Below are positions 23,831 to 36,700 of a stretch of DNA of 64,000 nt, in pieces; positions within the stretch are counted from its first letter, which is position 1; every line of letters starts with the position of its first letter. Both the position numbers and the translations under genes were made by a program. Under the pieces are notes generated by a model. The model saw only the letters and a program-made list of their open reading frames with translations. It made no database searches and was not told where the DNA came from. The stretch comes from Raillietiella orientalis (taxonomy: Eukaryota). The stretch covers positions 248,001 to 312,000 of the forward strand of contig JAYWIR010000049.1 in the NCBI GenBank assembly GCA_036172245.1, given 5' to 3'.

Positions 23831-26779
23831 TCGTTGACAGAAAGACAGCGAGGTCATCCCATGTGATCTGCTTTGTTTCTTTAGCGCTTCGGAACGCGCC
23901 AACAGTGCTCAGGAAAGTGCATGGGATCACTCCGCAGCTGTCAAGAGTCGGCGTCTTCGGCGGAGCAGAGAGTCGCCCTTACAACTGTGCTGGAGGAGGC
24001 GGGCGCCACAAGTGGCAGCGTCTCGTTTCAGATCGGATTCCTTCTTCTGTGGTTTCCTTTCTCTTGGCCACACGCAACCGGTCCTTTGCCCCTTCCCTCC
24101 CGAGGAGGAGGACGTCGGGATGTCGAAAGATCACCGAATGATTCAATGCTGCTCGATCGATCTCAGGGAGAAGAGCTCGAACATCCTTGCGTCTTTCCTG
24201 AAACCACTCTGACCTGATTTCTGAAAACACCTCCAGACAGCCGAACTAGCATCCTAATGCTTGCTGAGCGCACGCTGCTCCTTGTCCGACCGCAGCCACG
24301 CGGCTGCCAAAGAGGGGGTGAGGCCGCGGTCTGCACCGGTGGCACCGACCGTCGCGGGCTCGAGTGCCACAAGGGGAGAGAAGGGGCGACGTCGAGAACG
24401 GAGGGCGCGTCTCGTGTTTCGAATGCCCCCCCCCCCCGCATGATGACACTGGTTGGTTTCCTTGGGTGCAGCATTGGTGGAACCCGGAGACTGGGCGACT
24501 CCTCTGACTTGCCAATATTGGAGGTCTACCCTTCAAGATCCTTCGAGGACATCGGGATTTGTACTCGGTCACTCCAGGATATTTTCTCAGAAAAATTAAG
24601 CACAAGTCAGAGGGGAACGGCGTTTCTGAATACAAGAGATGCCCCCTTCCCCTCAAAAAAAGAAAACGACGTTCATTTGGGAAAACCAGCGGCACGCAGG
24701 GAGAATGGGAGGAGGGGAGAGCAAATAAAGAAGAAAAAAAAAAACGAGAGGGTGGGCACCCCTGCTGCTACTCTTCGATTGCATCCGTTTCTTCCATTTT
24801 GGAGGAGCTCGCATGTATCTAGGAGCCAAGGAACCGACTTCCTCCGCGGTCTCCCTCCGGATGCACGAAAGGAGCTGTTGCCATGGAGCTGGTTGATGCC
24901 TCCCTCGGGGAGGGTCTCTTCTCCAAAGTGTCAAGGAGCGTGCTGTTCTCTTCGGGTTCCCTTGAGAAGAGCAAACAAGGAGCAGTTCCCCTGAGGGCCC
25001 CCTCCAGAGTGAGACGGAGTCTCCTCCCGAGCCTTCCCGGATGAATGAGGTGGTCGGTCCTCCCTTCCCGGGGTACCCCAAAGCTCGAAGAGTCACACAC
25101 GCTCAAAGGTGGCGCATGTTGAAGAGCTTCGTGAGCCTTCAGGTGAATGCTTTTCCATATCTGAAAGCCGTGGAAGACGGTCGCCGTAGAAACGCTCCTG
25201 CCCTCTTCAAGGCAATGATGCAGCGACCATCCTAGGGCAAAACGGCTGCTTCCGATCTGCTCCCAGGAAGGTGGCATGCGAAGCTGGGGGGGGGGGAGCG
25301 CTCCGCTCCCGGGCAGGCGTTTCAGGAAGGCAAAGACAGAGGAACAGAGCTGCAGCCTTCGAAGGCTGAGGACGCCGCGCCTGCTAACGCGGAATGGACG
25401 GATTTGCCTGCTGAGACGCTGCGGAGTGCTCCGCCAGACCGCAGGATCCCGTCGCCGCGGAAACGGAAATCGATGCGCGCACCTCCTTTGCGGAAGACCA
25501 ACTCCCATGACGAATGGACCGCGCGTGCGAGGATGGAGGGAGATGGATGCAGGCAACGGATTCGAGCGCAACATCGATTCCGGGTGCTTTTCACTTATTT
25601 ATGCATTTGATTTTTCCACAAGGATCTCCACGTGCAGGTTCGAGATGAAGGCGTTGGGAGGAAGCTGGGAAGCTTTCTGGATGTCGAGACGAACCAAGGA
25701 GTCCAGAATCTGCGCCGTGTCTCGAGCAGGCCGCCCGCCTAAGAGCTGCGCGCGTCGATTCCAATGGACGTCTGCGTCCCGGCGCGCGCGTTCCCTATCT
25801 GTGGTTCAGCCATGTCCGGAAAGCGCTTTTCCGGCGACTTCGAAGCAACGAGGCCGTGAAGAGTGACCTCCCCGGCAACCTGGGCTTGAGCTACCCGATC
25901 CATGGACGAATCTTCCGGACACATGGACCCGATGCAAGATACACGATGTGACAGTTTGATTACGTTTTCCCTGCGACTTTCGGGAAAGAGGGAGGAACAG
26001 AATGGGAAGATCGCTCACGTCCCAAGTCGGATCAAAGACTCCGGCGGGGGAGTAAACAAGCGGCGCGTCGTCCAGAGAACGTCAGTTCCAGCGCTCCGCA
26101 TCCTTCCGGGGTCGAGAGTGCTCCTGCTGTCGCTGCTCCCTGTCCCCGTAGCGTTTCCTCTTCTTCGCACACTGAGGCTTCGAATCCCTGGACGGGAGGG
26201 AGTAGAGAACTTCGCTTTCCCCCGCGGGAAGGATGAAGGATCTTCGTGGACTGCTGCGGAGACGCACGCTCTCGGACAAACAAGACGCAGGCAGGGACCC
26301 AGACGATCGCGGAAGAGCGGTGAGCGGAAACATTGCCCAGGATCGGACCCACAGAAGGATTTCAGTCTTGCTTCGGGACTTCTCGGATGACGTGGCGCTC
26401 CGATCGTGCCGCGCTCCATCATTCCAGAGAGTCTCCACTTGGAAACGATAAGGCGGCGAAATTCCGACTCAAGTTCGTTCGATCGCCGCAGGAGCACAAG
26501 CAGGAAACCCTTTCAGCAGGCAGGGGGGCACACAGGCAGGTTGCCTTGAGCTGCGGAACGATGGGGGACCAAGAAAGGCAGCTCTCTCCAGACCACCAAG
26601 CAAACGATGGATTCTTCGGCTGGGATTTGAAGAGAGGTGCCGAGACAGCCCACCGTCTGCACGCATCCAGTGGGAAAGACACGCTTTGTCCGCGTAACAC
26701 GTGACGAAGAAGACCAGGAGCTTGGCGAAACTAGAAGGCGAGAGAAACTTTCACACTCGCTTGCCTTCTTCGGCCTCAC

Positions 26780-27780
26780 CTTTTCCAGTGTCGCTGCCGG
26801 ATGCTCAACGTGGCACGTGGCTCCAGCACGGTGACCTTTCCGTCGAGGCAGAACTTCGCACCGAGCATTATCGAGGATGCGTCCTAGGCACTCTTGTCAT
26901 CTTTCGCATTCACTTACTCGAAGAGACAAGTGACCCCCAGAGCAATGACATTCCCAGCACCCTCTGGGGTCACATACGTGCCCCTCCGAGTCAGAGGGCA
27001 TGAGAAGTGACCTTTTAGGAAATATCCTCATCAATGCCGATATAGCAAGTCTGACTCTGGGATAAGTAGGTTGGAAACTGTGACATCCCAATTTTCTCGG
27101 ATGGTCCTTTTGGCCACGGTCATCAACTCATCATGCCTTGATGATGCTCTGGCTGCTCGGAGATCATCATAAGAAGTAATGAGCTGATGACCGTGGTCAA
27201 GAGAGCTACTTTAAAACAAGAGAGTTCGTGTCTTTCAACGAGTCTTTGCCAGGGGCAGATCTCGTGGTTCAGGGAGATGTGAATGTCATCGTACTGGAGC
27301 CACGTGGCTCCCTTTGAGTAAAAGGATGCGAAAGATGGAAAGAGTACTTTGGACACATCCTCGAGCGAAGATGTGCTTCCGGGTGCTCACCGTGCTGGGA
27401 TCACGGGCCCCTCTGGGTATCCGGCAGAGGCAGTGGGAGAGGAAGAGCAGAAGAAGTAGAGCGACTACCGAGGACTGGCCCTGAATTCCCGTTCTGGAGG
27501 CGCTGTCGCAACAGGCAGGGTATCCTTCGTCGGAGCGCAGGGATGCGCGGGCAGCGACGAAGCCACGAGGGAACTGCCGGAGGGTCAAGAGGAGCGGAGC
27601 GGAAAGGAAGCTGTGCGGCTTCACGTCCAGCGTTCCGAAGGTGGTGCTCTGGAAGAGTTTCATCGTACTACCGGCAGCTAGGGGCACCTGGATGGATATC
27701 AGTTCCGTCAAGCGGGCTAGCAGACGGACCGTGAGGGCGGTGGAAGTCTCTTTTCCTTCGTTTGTTTCATATGTTAGGAA
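26780..27780. repeat. ~1-kb element duplicated at ~48750-50110, mostly inverted, with internal sub-repeats
   Basis: 27100-27760 is a diverged reverse complement of parts of 48770-49810. 26810-26960 matches the 49.1-50.1 kb sub-repeats in direct orientation. Confidence 0.8.
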
Positions 27781-29203
27781 GGGGAGAACAAAAAAACAAA
27801 TAGATTGTTGGAGGGATCATTCTGGACCAGGGAAACAGGAGGCCAAATTACTCATGGATGGTGCAAACCACAGGCAACCTGAGACGGTGAAGAGCGACGG
27901 GTCGACTGCAAGCAGAGTGGTCATCTTCAAGGCAAGAAGCGACTTGACAACGAAACCACGCCTGGGCAAGGTGCCGGCAAAGCAAACCCGACTGTAACCA
28001 ATTCGGGCAGGTTAATGAAGCAGACAGAGATGGATGACCTGTGAGAGGTCAGAGTAATTCGAAGTGGAGTAACCCGGTACAACAAATCAGTGCCAGTAAA
28101 AACAGACGGTACATTAAACTGCCTTCAACTAACTAGATTAAAGCTAGTCGCAATAGTGAATCTCGGGGAAGGATGGAAAGTAGGTCAAAGGGAGAAAGCA
28201 CCTTGAATGTCCTCAGTCGCAAGCCAAACTGATGAGGAGTCACTTTGTTCTGCGCCAAGACTAGTCTTTTCCTTTTGTTTGCTGGTAGCATCGGAGCTCA
28301 GGGATTTCGTCGCAGCATTCGTCGACCACCGCCAAGATTTGCTCCAAGGGCAGTCCTAGGGTCACTCGCTCTTAGACCTCAGACCGTCACCACCCTTCGC
28401 CATCGCCCTCCTGCAGTGGAACGCTGGAAGGTCCTTGCCACGGCGCACGCATCCTCAGGGTTAATTGCTTCTGTGGAAGAAGCGTCGACCGACACTCCTC
28501 AGCGGATTCCGGTTTCCTCACAACCACTGTCTTGCTGCCTATGGCAACCGACACCTTCCATTCTCACTTGGCGACCGCGTCGACAGCCGTGCGGCTGCGG
28601 CTGCCACCCGCTGGTTGAAACATGGTTTTTGGTGCGACGCTGGCGGGAAGCGCTCTAGAAACCCGTTGATCGGCCCGGATTGAAACTGACCCTCCAGGAT
28701 TCTTCCGTGAACCACAGAACCGATTCCCTATGGTTCCCTAGTTCAGTTGTGCAAATGGAGAAAACCTCTTCCCTTGGAAGGTCGTCTTCATGGTGATCGT
28801 GGGGTTGGTCACCTCCTCGGGGGTCCCCGTCTAGTATGCTGTGAGAGTGCTCCTCTTTTGGGGGAAGTCCTTAGGAAAGGGAACAGAAGCGTCCCTTCGG
28901 GTTCTCTTCAGAAGAGTAAACCAGGAGTGGACCCCAGATCAAGGAAGAAAGCCTCTGTAGAGTTCCCTTCGGGAACAACTAGGGCGGCGGTTTCCTTCCA
29001 GATTCCTTCCCAAGAGTAAAAGAAGAGAACGCACTCCTTCCTCCGGAACCTTCCTCGACTCATTAGGATGCTCCCTAAAGAATTGCCCCTAAATGCCGGT
29101 CTCCCTTCTGCTCTCTCCTTCTTTCCTCTCCTCTCCTTCCTTCCTTTTACTCCTTTTCACTTCTCCTCCTCCTCTTCAGAGTGATGTGACGGGCATGGGT
29201 CTG

Positions 29204-29650
29204 ATGGATCTAAGAATCAATACGGAACGTAGGAGTGGGAATTTTCAAAGAGTGGAGTTTTGAGTGGGAGGAAAGCAACCCCCGCCGGTTCAACGTCAGC
29301 TCTTCACAAGCCGCGCGACCGGAAGAGCGCAGGGTGAACCTTCCCTTTTCAGTAATGTCACTAGGCGAGAGCGAGGAAGACCTGGCCGAGGAGACCTTCG
29401 CCGTCAGATCGGAGCTTCATGGTCAGACCGCCCGAGGGGACTGGCTGCGAAGGGCGCTTCGCCTTGCTATTCCTTGTTTCCGAGCAGGGCTGCAAGGTCT
29501 CCCACTGGCGTGTGGGGGCGATGGGTGCAGGAAAAGTGCCTTAGAGGAGCTGAGTTATGGACGGCGCCCCCAATCGCGCACTCTTATAGTCGTGAGAATT
29601 CCGTCTCGGCTTACATCTTCCCGTCCGGCCTGAGGTGACGCTGGACGTCA
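29204..29650 (+). mobile_element. LINE ORF2 APE endonuclease N-terminal remnant
   Basis: MDLRINT-NV-G-like start after a pyrimidine-rich spacer and a family A segment; frameshifted. Confidence 0.4.
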
Positions 29651-30979
29651 CCTCAGGACGAAGAGACGGAGAGCGCTGCTGCACGGCATGCGGGAGCGTG
29701 GCTGCGAGATTTCACGACGGGAACGCCTTTGCGATGTACCTCAACTTGGGCGATTTGTGACGTGCGAGAGGGAGAGCAGGGAGTATGGAAGGAAGACGGT
29801 CGAGGTAACTTGTCCGGTCTGCCGACGAGCCCCCGAGGTCTTCGTACTGCATCGATGGAGCAGCTCTAGGTGTGCACCCGCCCCTCTCCTGACAAATCAC
29901 CTCCTTCCTGCAGAGACTCCACTTGGATGCGAGCAGATGGAGCCAAGAAAAAAGGAAGAAAGGAAAAAAAAAAGGGAACGAGTGTATTTCCAGTATCTTC
30001 TTCCCGGACCTGCGTCCTTCACTGGAAGCCAGTGTGGAGGAAGGGGTCACTCGGGCTGATTCTTGGAACCTCCCCTCTCACTTCAGGTGGAGAAAAGAAA
30101 AGAGGCAGCTCCGGTTACCCCTCTAGAAGAGGCAGCTGTGTCCAAGGGATGTTCCCATCTTCTCTTTCGCCGCCTTCATTCGTCCTAAAGGTCCTCTGCA
30201 AGGGCTGAGACCTATGAAAGCACAGTGGGGCGCGTGGGGACGGAGAGAGTCGACCCGACCCACCCTTGTTCGGCAGGTGAGAAGGTGAGGTCACAACTCC
30301 TTCCTCCTCCGGTAAGAGCCTCGAGAAGCCGAGCTTACCTTAGTCTGGGATTGGCCATCCGAGAAGTCCTATTGCCCACCGTGGGCAGGGGCCAGCCATG
30401 CGATGACGAGGAGGCCCGCCGGGAAGGTGCAGAGGCGAGAGCGGTCCAGCTTGCCACCTGGGAAGGGAATGAGATGACCACTCCGGAAGCCATCCTCCCG
30501 AGAGCTCGGCGACGGGATTGCCAGGGAAATCGCAGCAACGCGACACTCCGGGTGAGCACAGCGATGGCGGCGGGCACGGTCCACAGCCCGCTCAGTTTGG
30601 ACTAGGGCAGGACGAGCGGGTCCGTCCTGCTCTTCCACGCTCCAGCGTCCCCTTGGACATACCGCGGGCTGGGGCACGCGCTCTCTCCACCCTCCGGCGC
30701 AACGACACCCCGAATAACCACCACCCAGCTCGCGGGAGCGAAAGTTGCGCGAATGTGGCGGGTTCAGGAGGCGTAGGGATTGCCACTGAGATTCACGGTT
30801 GCTGGCGAAGCCATCGGCCATCCTCCGGTCATTCACTACGGCTGACATGTCCACACCGACGAGGCACGGCTTACGATACGCACGTGCGGGGACGGCAGCG
30901 CGTGATCAGGAAGACAATCCCCGCAGCAGGCGAAGATCCGCTGCTCCGGGCTTCGCAAGGTCCATCCGGTTCATCCGTG

Positions 30980-31365
30980 TACCATAAAAGGCTCAAAGAT
31001 GCACTCACTACAGGAAGATGCAGTGACTGCCACTATGAAGGGTACGAAGGATCAGGTCAGCATAAAAGGCCTCTGCATCCGCACATCATGAAGCATGCAA
31101 GGATGCAGCCACTATAAGCTGCATGAAGTGGTAGTCACTATTGAAGGCTACAATGCCTCCACACTATGAAGAGTATGAAAGGTTCCTCTGCAAAGGAATA
31201 AAGATGCAGCGACTATAAGCTACATAAGTTGCAGCCACTACAGGAGGCTGCAGTTCGACCACACTATGAAGGATACGAAGGACCAGGTACCATAGAAGGT
31301 CCCTGTTTCGACACACTATGAAGCATGCAAAGATGCAGCCACTACACAAGGCTGCATTGTGTTCA
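30980..31365 (+). repeat. Degenerate complex minisatellite (cactatgaag / gatgcagccacta motifs)
   Basis: The motifs cactatgaag, aagatgcagc and atgaagcatgcaa recur several times. Confidence 0.75.
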
Positions 31366-32499
31366 CACGCTGTTAAGGACAAGAACATGCAGACTCTGAG
31401 AGGGATCGCAAAGTGTGTACGCTCTACGGACAATGCAAAGAATTAGAGGGTTTGGAACGGTGGCAGCGTGGTTACGTGCCAAACAGGGAGTGAGGACTCG
31501 AACGCTGCGAGGGATTGCAAAGGGTACGAGCTGGAGCGTAGTCAGGAGGAGCTTCTATGTTGGACAAGCCACTCAGGCAAACTGGGTGAACTATGCTCCT
31601 GGACTTCCAAATGCGGAAGGGAAGGGGAAGGAGGGAGGGATTCGCAGCAGTGGGGATTCCTTGGCAAATTGGTAAACGGAAACCTAAAGGGAAGAAAAGA
31701 AGGAAGCAAGGCGAAATTGGGGAACCGTTGCTTCGAAGCCTCATGCCAAGTTCTGGGAAGCAAAGCGGCGTATCAGGAAGATGATGATGCGCGCGCAGCG
31801 AGGGATCAGAATATGCAACAGCTGGCGGCGGCAAGGAGCCTCAAGGACACCACCATCCTTAAAGAGGAGCAGGAGGAAAATTCGATTCTCCTTTTGTTCC
31901 TGTGGATAGTCTGTCGGAGTTCCGAAAGGAGCGGAGGAACACCCAGGACTGTTCTTGTCTGCAAGAGTATCCAACTGGGAACTCTCAGATGGAGCGATAG
32001 GGAGTGGATGCGAGCGGCGAGCAGGTTTGCACCTCCGCAGCTGGTGTGACTTTGGCAGCTCTTTCTTCCTGCAAGACCCTGCGGCGCTCCAGGAGGTTCG
32101 AGTTTCCCGGGCCACGCCCTCGCAGCTTGGAGCGAGCGCCTTGGTCGCTGCGCGTTTGCCATCTCTGGAGGAAACCGCGGGTCTATGTTTCCCTCCCTAC
32201 AAGCCCCATTTTAAGTAGGAGGAGATTCAGGAAGTGGAATCATCTCCGCAGGGCGGCTAGACTTCCAGGGGTGAAAAGGGCTGCGGCTTCTGAAAATACG
32301 ACGAGAGGACTCTGGTATCATTCAGAGGGCGAGGGAGCACTCTGACAGAGGACTGCATGCTTCGACGCATGGTCGCTCCTCCCACGCAGCTCCGATAGGA
32401 AGTTGAACTTCCTCAAAGGAGCGTCATACCGATGGACCCTCTGACAACAGGGCAATTCCGGGTGCATTCCCGTCTCTCCAGGAGTGCCCCTGCTACCGC

Positions 32500-32760
32500 C
32501 CTCACCTTTTTTGAACTTCGTATGGGCCCGCACGTTCGTGCGGTTCAGTTCCGGGTGAGAGCGCTTGCGCATCCACACGTTCGACCTGAGGCGGGGGACT
32601 TTCCTGGCTAGACGGGAAAACAACCAGATGCGCACGCCCTGCGCCTGTGGGGCGCCGCCACCGGAGACCCTTGTGGGTCCTTGGTGAAAGTGCCACCTAC
32701 GCATGGACTGCCGTCGCATCTGGGCAGTCATCGAGGAAAACAGGTGAGCAATCCCCATGG
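32500..32760 (+). mobile_element. LINE zf-RVT fragment
   Basis: CACGAPPETL..HLRMDCRRIW relic. Confidence 0.55.
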
Positions 32761-33452
32761 CCGGTGGGGCTAGAAAGGAGTTCGTCCAGCCTCTGGCAGG
32801 CTCGAGAAGCTGGATGAAAACAACAGAGACTCGAAAAGCCGTTTAGCGGAGGGAGGGACTTCCGACCTTCCTGTCGGATTCGGCGGCCCGAGGTGGTCAG
32901 GTGGCTTCTGTGTGTTCCTCCCGGTCCCTGTCTGACGCGGACAAGCCGACGCTTCCCGGCTTCCTGTTCCTCTCCTGTAAATCGAACGGCGGGCTGCCGG
33001 AAGGGGACGGACGGGAGGGGAAGAGAAGCAGAAGGAGAGTAAGGGTTAGAATCACCTGTCTAGGGGCATTTTCCCGGCTTGTGGCCTGATACCTCGTCTC
33101 GCCGACTGCGTGGGCGGAGGGAGACTGAGCCGCACGCATACAGGAAGAAACCGCGCCATCGATCGCTGCGGCTTCCCGCGACTTCTCCTGAGTGCTCCGT
33201 CTCGCGTGCTTTCGGATCCGTTCCCGTTCGGAAGCGGAAAGGAAGAGTACACCCACGCCTTGCGTTACAGCGGGCGCGCTAGAAGGACTCCGGAAGAGGA
33301 GGGTTTCCCAGCCCTCCTCTTTCGGGGAAAAGAGGTTGTAATTTTTTTTTTCTGGGAGGGAGTCGAGAACGAGTCATCTGGAGGCCTGTATCCAGGAAGG
33401 GGTTCCTGGCAGTGCGGCTTCCCCATCCCGGACGATACGCGCGGCGCCGCAC

Positions 33453-33749
33453 CTGATGACCGGCTGCCCCGCCGGCTGGGCTGCTGCCTGCTTTGCAGGC
33501 TCATTTTAGGCCTCTCCATGGTCAGGACGGTGTCGTAGATGAGGATGAAGATGTTCTTTTTGAAGTGAGTCTTCTTGATCAAGAAGCTGGGACACCTGTT
33601 TGACTGCTGGAGCAGCAGCTCGTTCAGCGTGCGGTCATGTATCTCCAGGATGTAGTTGTGCGTCTTCTCTCTGTATTCCGCGCACCGTATGGCAATGCTC
33701 CCGGCGGCCAAGCGCTGGTAGGAGCAGTTCTCCATTTTCCCGGACACCT
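33453..33749 (-). CDS. Sidestep-like exon 10 (divergent FN3 domain)
   Basis: Acceptor ttttccccag after a 68-nt intron. Encodes EVSGKMENCSY..IRC..YILEIHD..PSF..ILIY. The donor CAG|GTGCGG at 33452 is tentative. Confidence 0.7.
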
Positions 33750-36700
33750 CTGGGGAAAAAGAAAACACCAGTAGCTCGCGGGGAGAATTGCCCCCCCCCC
33801 CCTCAGAGGATACTGACCGACGGGGATCAACCGGTAGACGCAGGGCGACAGCTGCTTTCCGATTTCGTTGGCGGCCCAGCAGTACATCTTCCCGGTCGTT
33901 TCCGGGGGAGACAGAGAAATCGACGGATCAGAGAGTGTCGCCGAGTCCGCCGACAGGGACGCCGAGCTGTTCTCGTACTGCCAGAAGTAGCTGGTGGGTG
34001 CCGGGTGCGAGGAGACGTTGCACTCGACGTGGAGCTTCCTGTTGGCGAAGGCGAGGACCGTGGTTTGGTGAGGGTGGGCGCAGATCGGGCGGTCTGGAAC
34101 GAGAAAAGGCGGGTGACGCCTTGTCGCGCACCCAGACAGAACATCAACACCGACAGATGACTCGGGGTTGCGGAGTTCTTCCTGTTTTTGGACCTCTGCC
34201 ATTACTGAGAACACTGCTTCGATACCCGGACTTCGATCATCTTTCGCGGTCCCCATAATCGAAGTGGTGACGGCGGTCGCCCGGACCCTTGCCAACGAAG
34301 GCGCGACGGAAACTGAATCCCAAGATCTGCATGATGCTGCGTGAACGGAGCTCCGGAAAAGCAAGCGCCTCCTCCCAGCACCTAACTTTAAAGTCAGATG
34401 GCCCGCATCCCATTTCCTCTTCTTGATGTGCATCTCTCCGGTTTCCAATTCATCGCTCCTCTTTTGTCACCAAGAGAAGCTGGAGGGAACAAGAAAAGAA
34501 AGCCAGGATTCTGCTCAAAGAGTCCCCGAAGATCAATTTGGAAAGAGCGGCGAAGACGCAGAATCAGGTCCGGACTTTCCACTACTGCGGACCTATTTCA
34601 AGGTACTGTGTCTCCCCAAGTCCCTTCTGCAGATCCCAATCTCCTGGCTCAGCCTCGCTTCCCTCCAAAACGCAGACTCAGTAACACAGACGCGGTCACG
34701 AAAAGCTTCGGAACCACCAGCAACACGCATCTTTGACTCGTCGTGGCTGCTGAATCCAGCAGACAGTCAGGTGTCTTTCTGATCACGAACTGAACCCGCT
34801 GTTTTTCAACTTGCCTTTCGCGATGTATCAGCTGGGATGCAGACACCAGTACTCTGCGTTGTGCCGAGAGGCCACTTTTCTCGCAGCTGCTGCCACGATA
34901 GCAAACAACGTGGGTTCAATTTGCTTCTCCCCTCACAGAATCGTCCTGCTCGACGTACTTTTGGCGCGCCGGCGTCGTTCCTTCGCTCGAGAGGGAACGT
35001 GCAACAGACGCAATAGAGGCGAGCTGGTCGCGTGGGGGAAGCAGCAGCGCAACTTTCCTCTCCTTCCTTTCCCCCCCTTGAGGCCCGGTCGCAGGTGCCG
35101 TGACGGCAGCCTCCGCTACAGCTGCGAAAAGATGACAATAGGCGGCGTTCCCGCTCATTCCTTCCCCTCCCACTTCGATGAGAGGCTCTCAGGGAGGGAC
35201 CGGCTGTTGTGAAGGGGCGTCCGGCATGCTCGCACGTTCTGCGAACGGCTCCTGGGGCGAGGAAAGAAGGAAGGAAGGAAGGATGCAGCAGCTCGCGACC
35301 CGCGGGAGAGGGTTGGAGTAGGCACGCGGCGGCAGCGCCTTCCTTCTCCTTCGGAAACCGCCACCTGAAGCCCAGTTAGCTCCGGGTCATGGGGTGCCCT
35401 AAGAAGGCGGCAAGCAGAGCGGTCCGCCGGTCCCGTTTCGCGAGAAAGGGTCTTCGGGGAAAAGGGAAGCAGGGCATTCCACAAGGGAAGGAGGAGGAGT
35501 AGGAGGAGTAGGAACAGAGGCAACAGAGAAGGAAAAAAGTCGTAAAGGAGGAAGAGATGCAAAAGAACGGAAGAGGAAGAGAAAGAGACGAAGAAGGTCA
35601 AGGCACAGGAGAGAGAGTGGAGGGAGTAGAAGGGACAGGAGGAGGGGAGAAACCGGAGAGAAGGATGGGAGTCGGGAGGAGGAGGAGAAGAACGAGATGC
35701 AAAAAATGGGAAGAGGGACAGGAGAAGGAGGAGCAGGTCCAGGAAAAATAGTTGGAACTCTTTGGTGCGGCACAACGTGTTGAGTCTGCACTACGGGGTG
35801 CCTCCGTGACGCGTGCGGGGGCTGCAGGAACTGAGCTCAAACAGCAATGCGCGATGTAACTTCATTGAGGGGGAATGGCCGTTGAAATAGAACCTTCTGC
35901 CCTTCCACTCTCTCCAGTTTTGCGAGCGTTTGGTTCCTCAACGTCTTTCACGATTTCGAAAGGGCCCTTTGGTGGTGGCGGTTAGGAGATCGTCCGACCT
36001 GGACGCCTCCACCGAGACTACGAGATAATCACACTGGCAACAACTGAGCGTCGCGGAAACGGGTCAAAGACCGCGCAGCTGGAAGAAAGCCTCCCGTTGG
36101 GCTTTCCCCACAATGGTTCATTCGAAAAACGAAACATCGAAGAAGAGAGCAGCAGGCAGAGACGCCGTCTACAGACAGAGAATGATTCAAGGCTGGGGCT
36201 GGATCGCGGCGGGATACTGAGACAGATGAACTCAGCACCGGAGGATACGAATCCGTCCTGGGATAGCGTGCCGCTCCCGTGCTCTTCTTCAGATGCAAGT
36301 TCGCCCTCTGGTATGTTGCAGCCTTCGTATCCATGATGCCGATTTGCTCCTCTTACGCCTTCTCGCGCCTGGAGGATGACCATGACGTACCAGTGGCGTG
36401 CACTTCTAGTGGATGCACCCACTTTGCCAGGGAATGCTCTACGAACCCACGGGGACGCATTCAGAAGTGAACTTCTCATCTTGCATGTAGCTTCTTCCCT
36501 TCATCATTTCATCTTTTCTGATTCCTCTTCCAGAATTTCCTTTAATTTTTCCGATTTTCACGTGCTCTCCGTGAGTGCTTCTCAGCCCTATTCGTTCTTT
36601 GTATGCGTCAGCGGCGGTGCGGATTTCAGGCGGGTAGCAAAAGCATCCGTTGATGGACTTTTCTGACGGTTCCGATCTCAGTTGGGCATCTTCGTCAGAA

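Noticed and set aside
27111..27199. Box C/D snoRNA reading of the TGATGA/CTGA-rich hairpin
   Set aside because: Box C is not adjacent to the terminal stem, and the motifs are buried in pairing.
35155..35840. Long Leu/Phe/Ser-rich ORFs (also 40741-41311 and 46705-47558)
   Set aside because: These are artefacts of purine/pyrimidine-biased low-complexity DNA.
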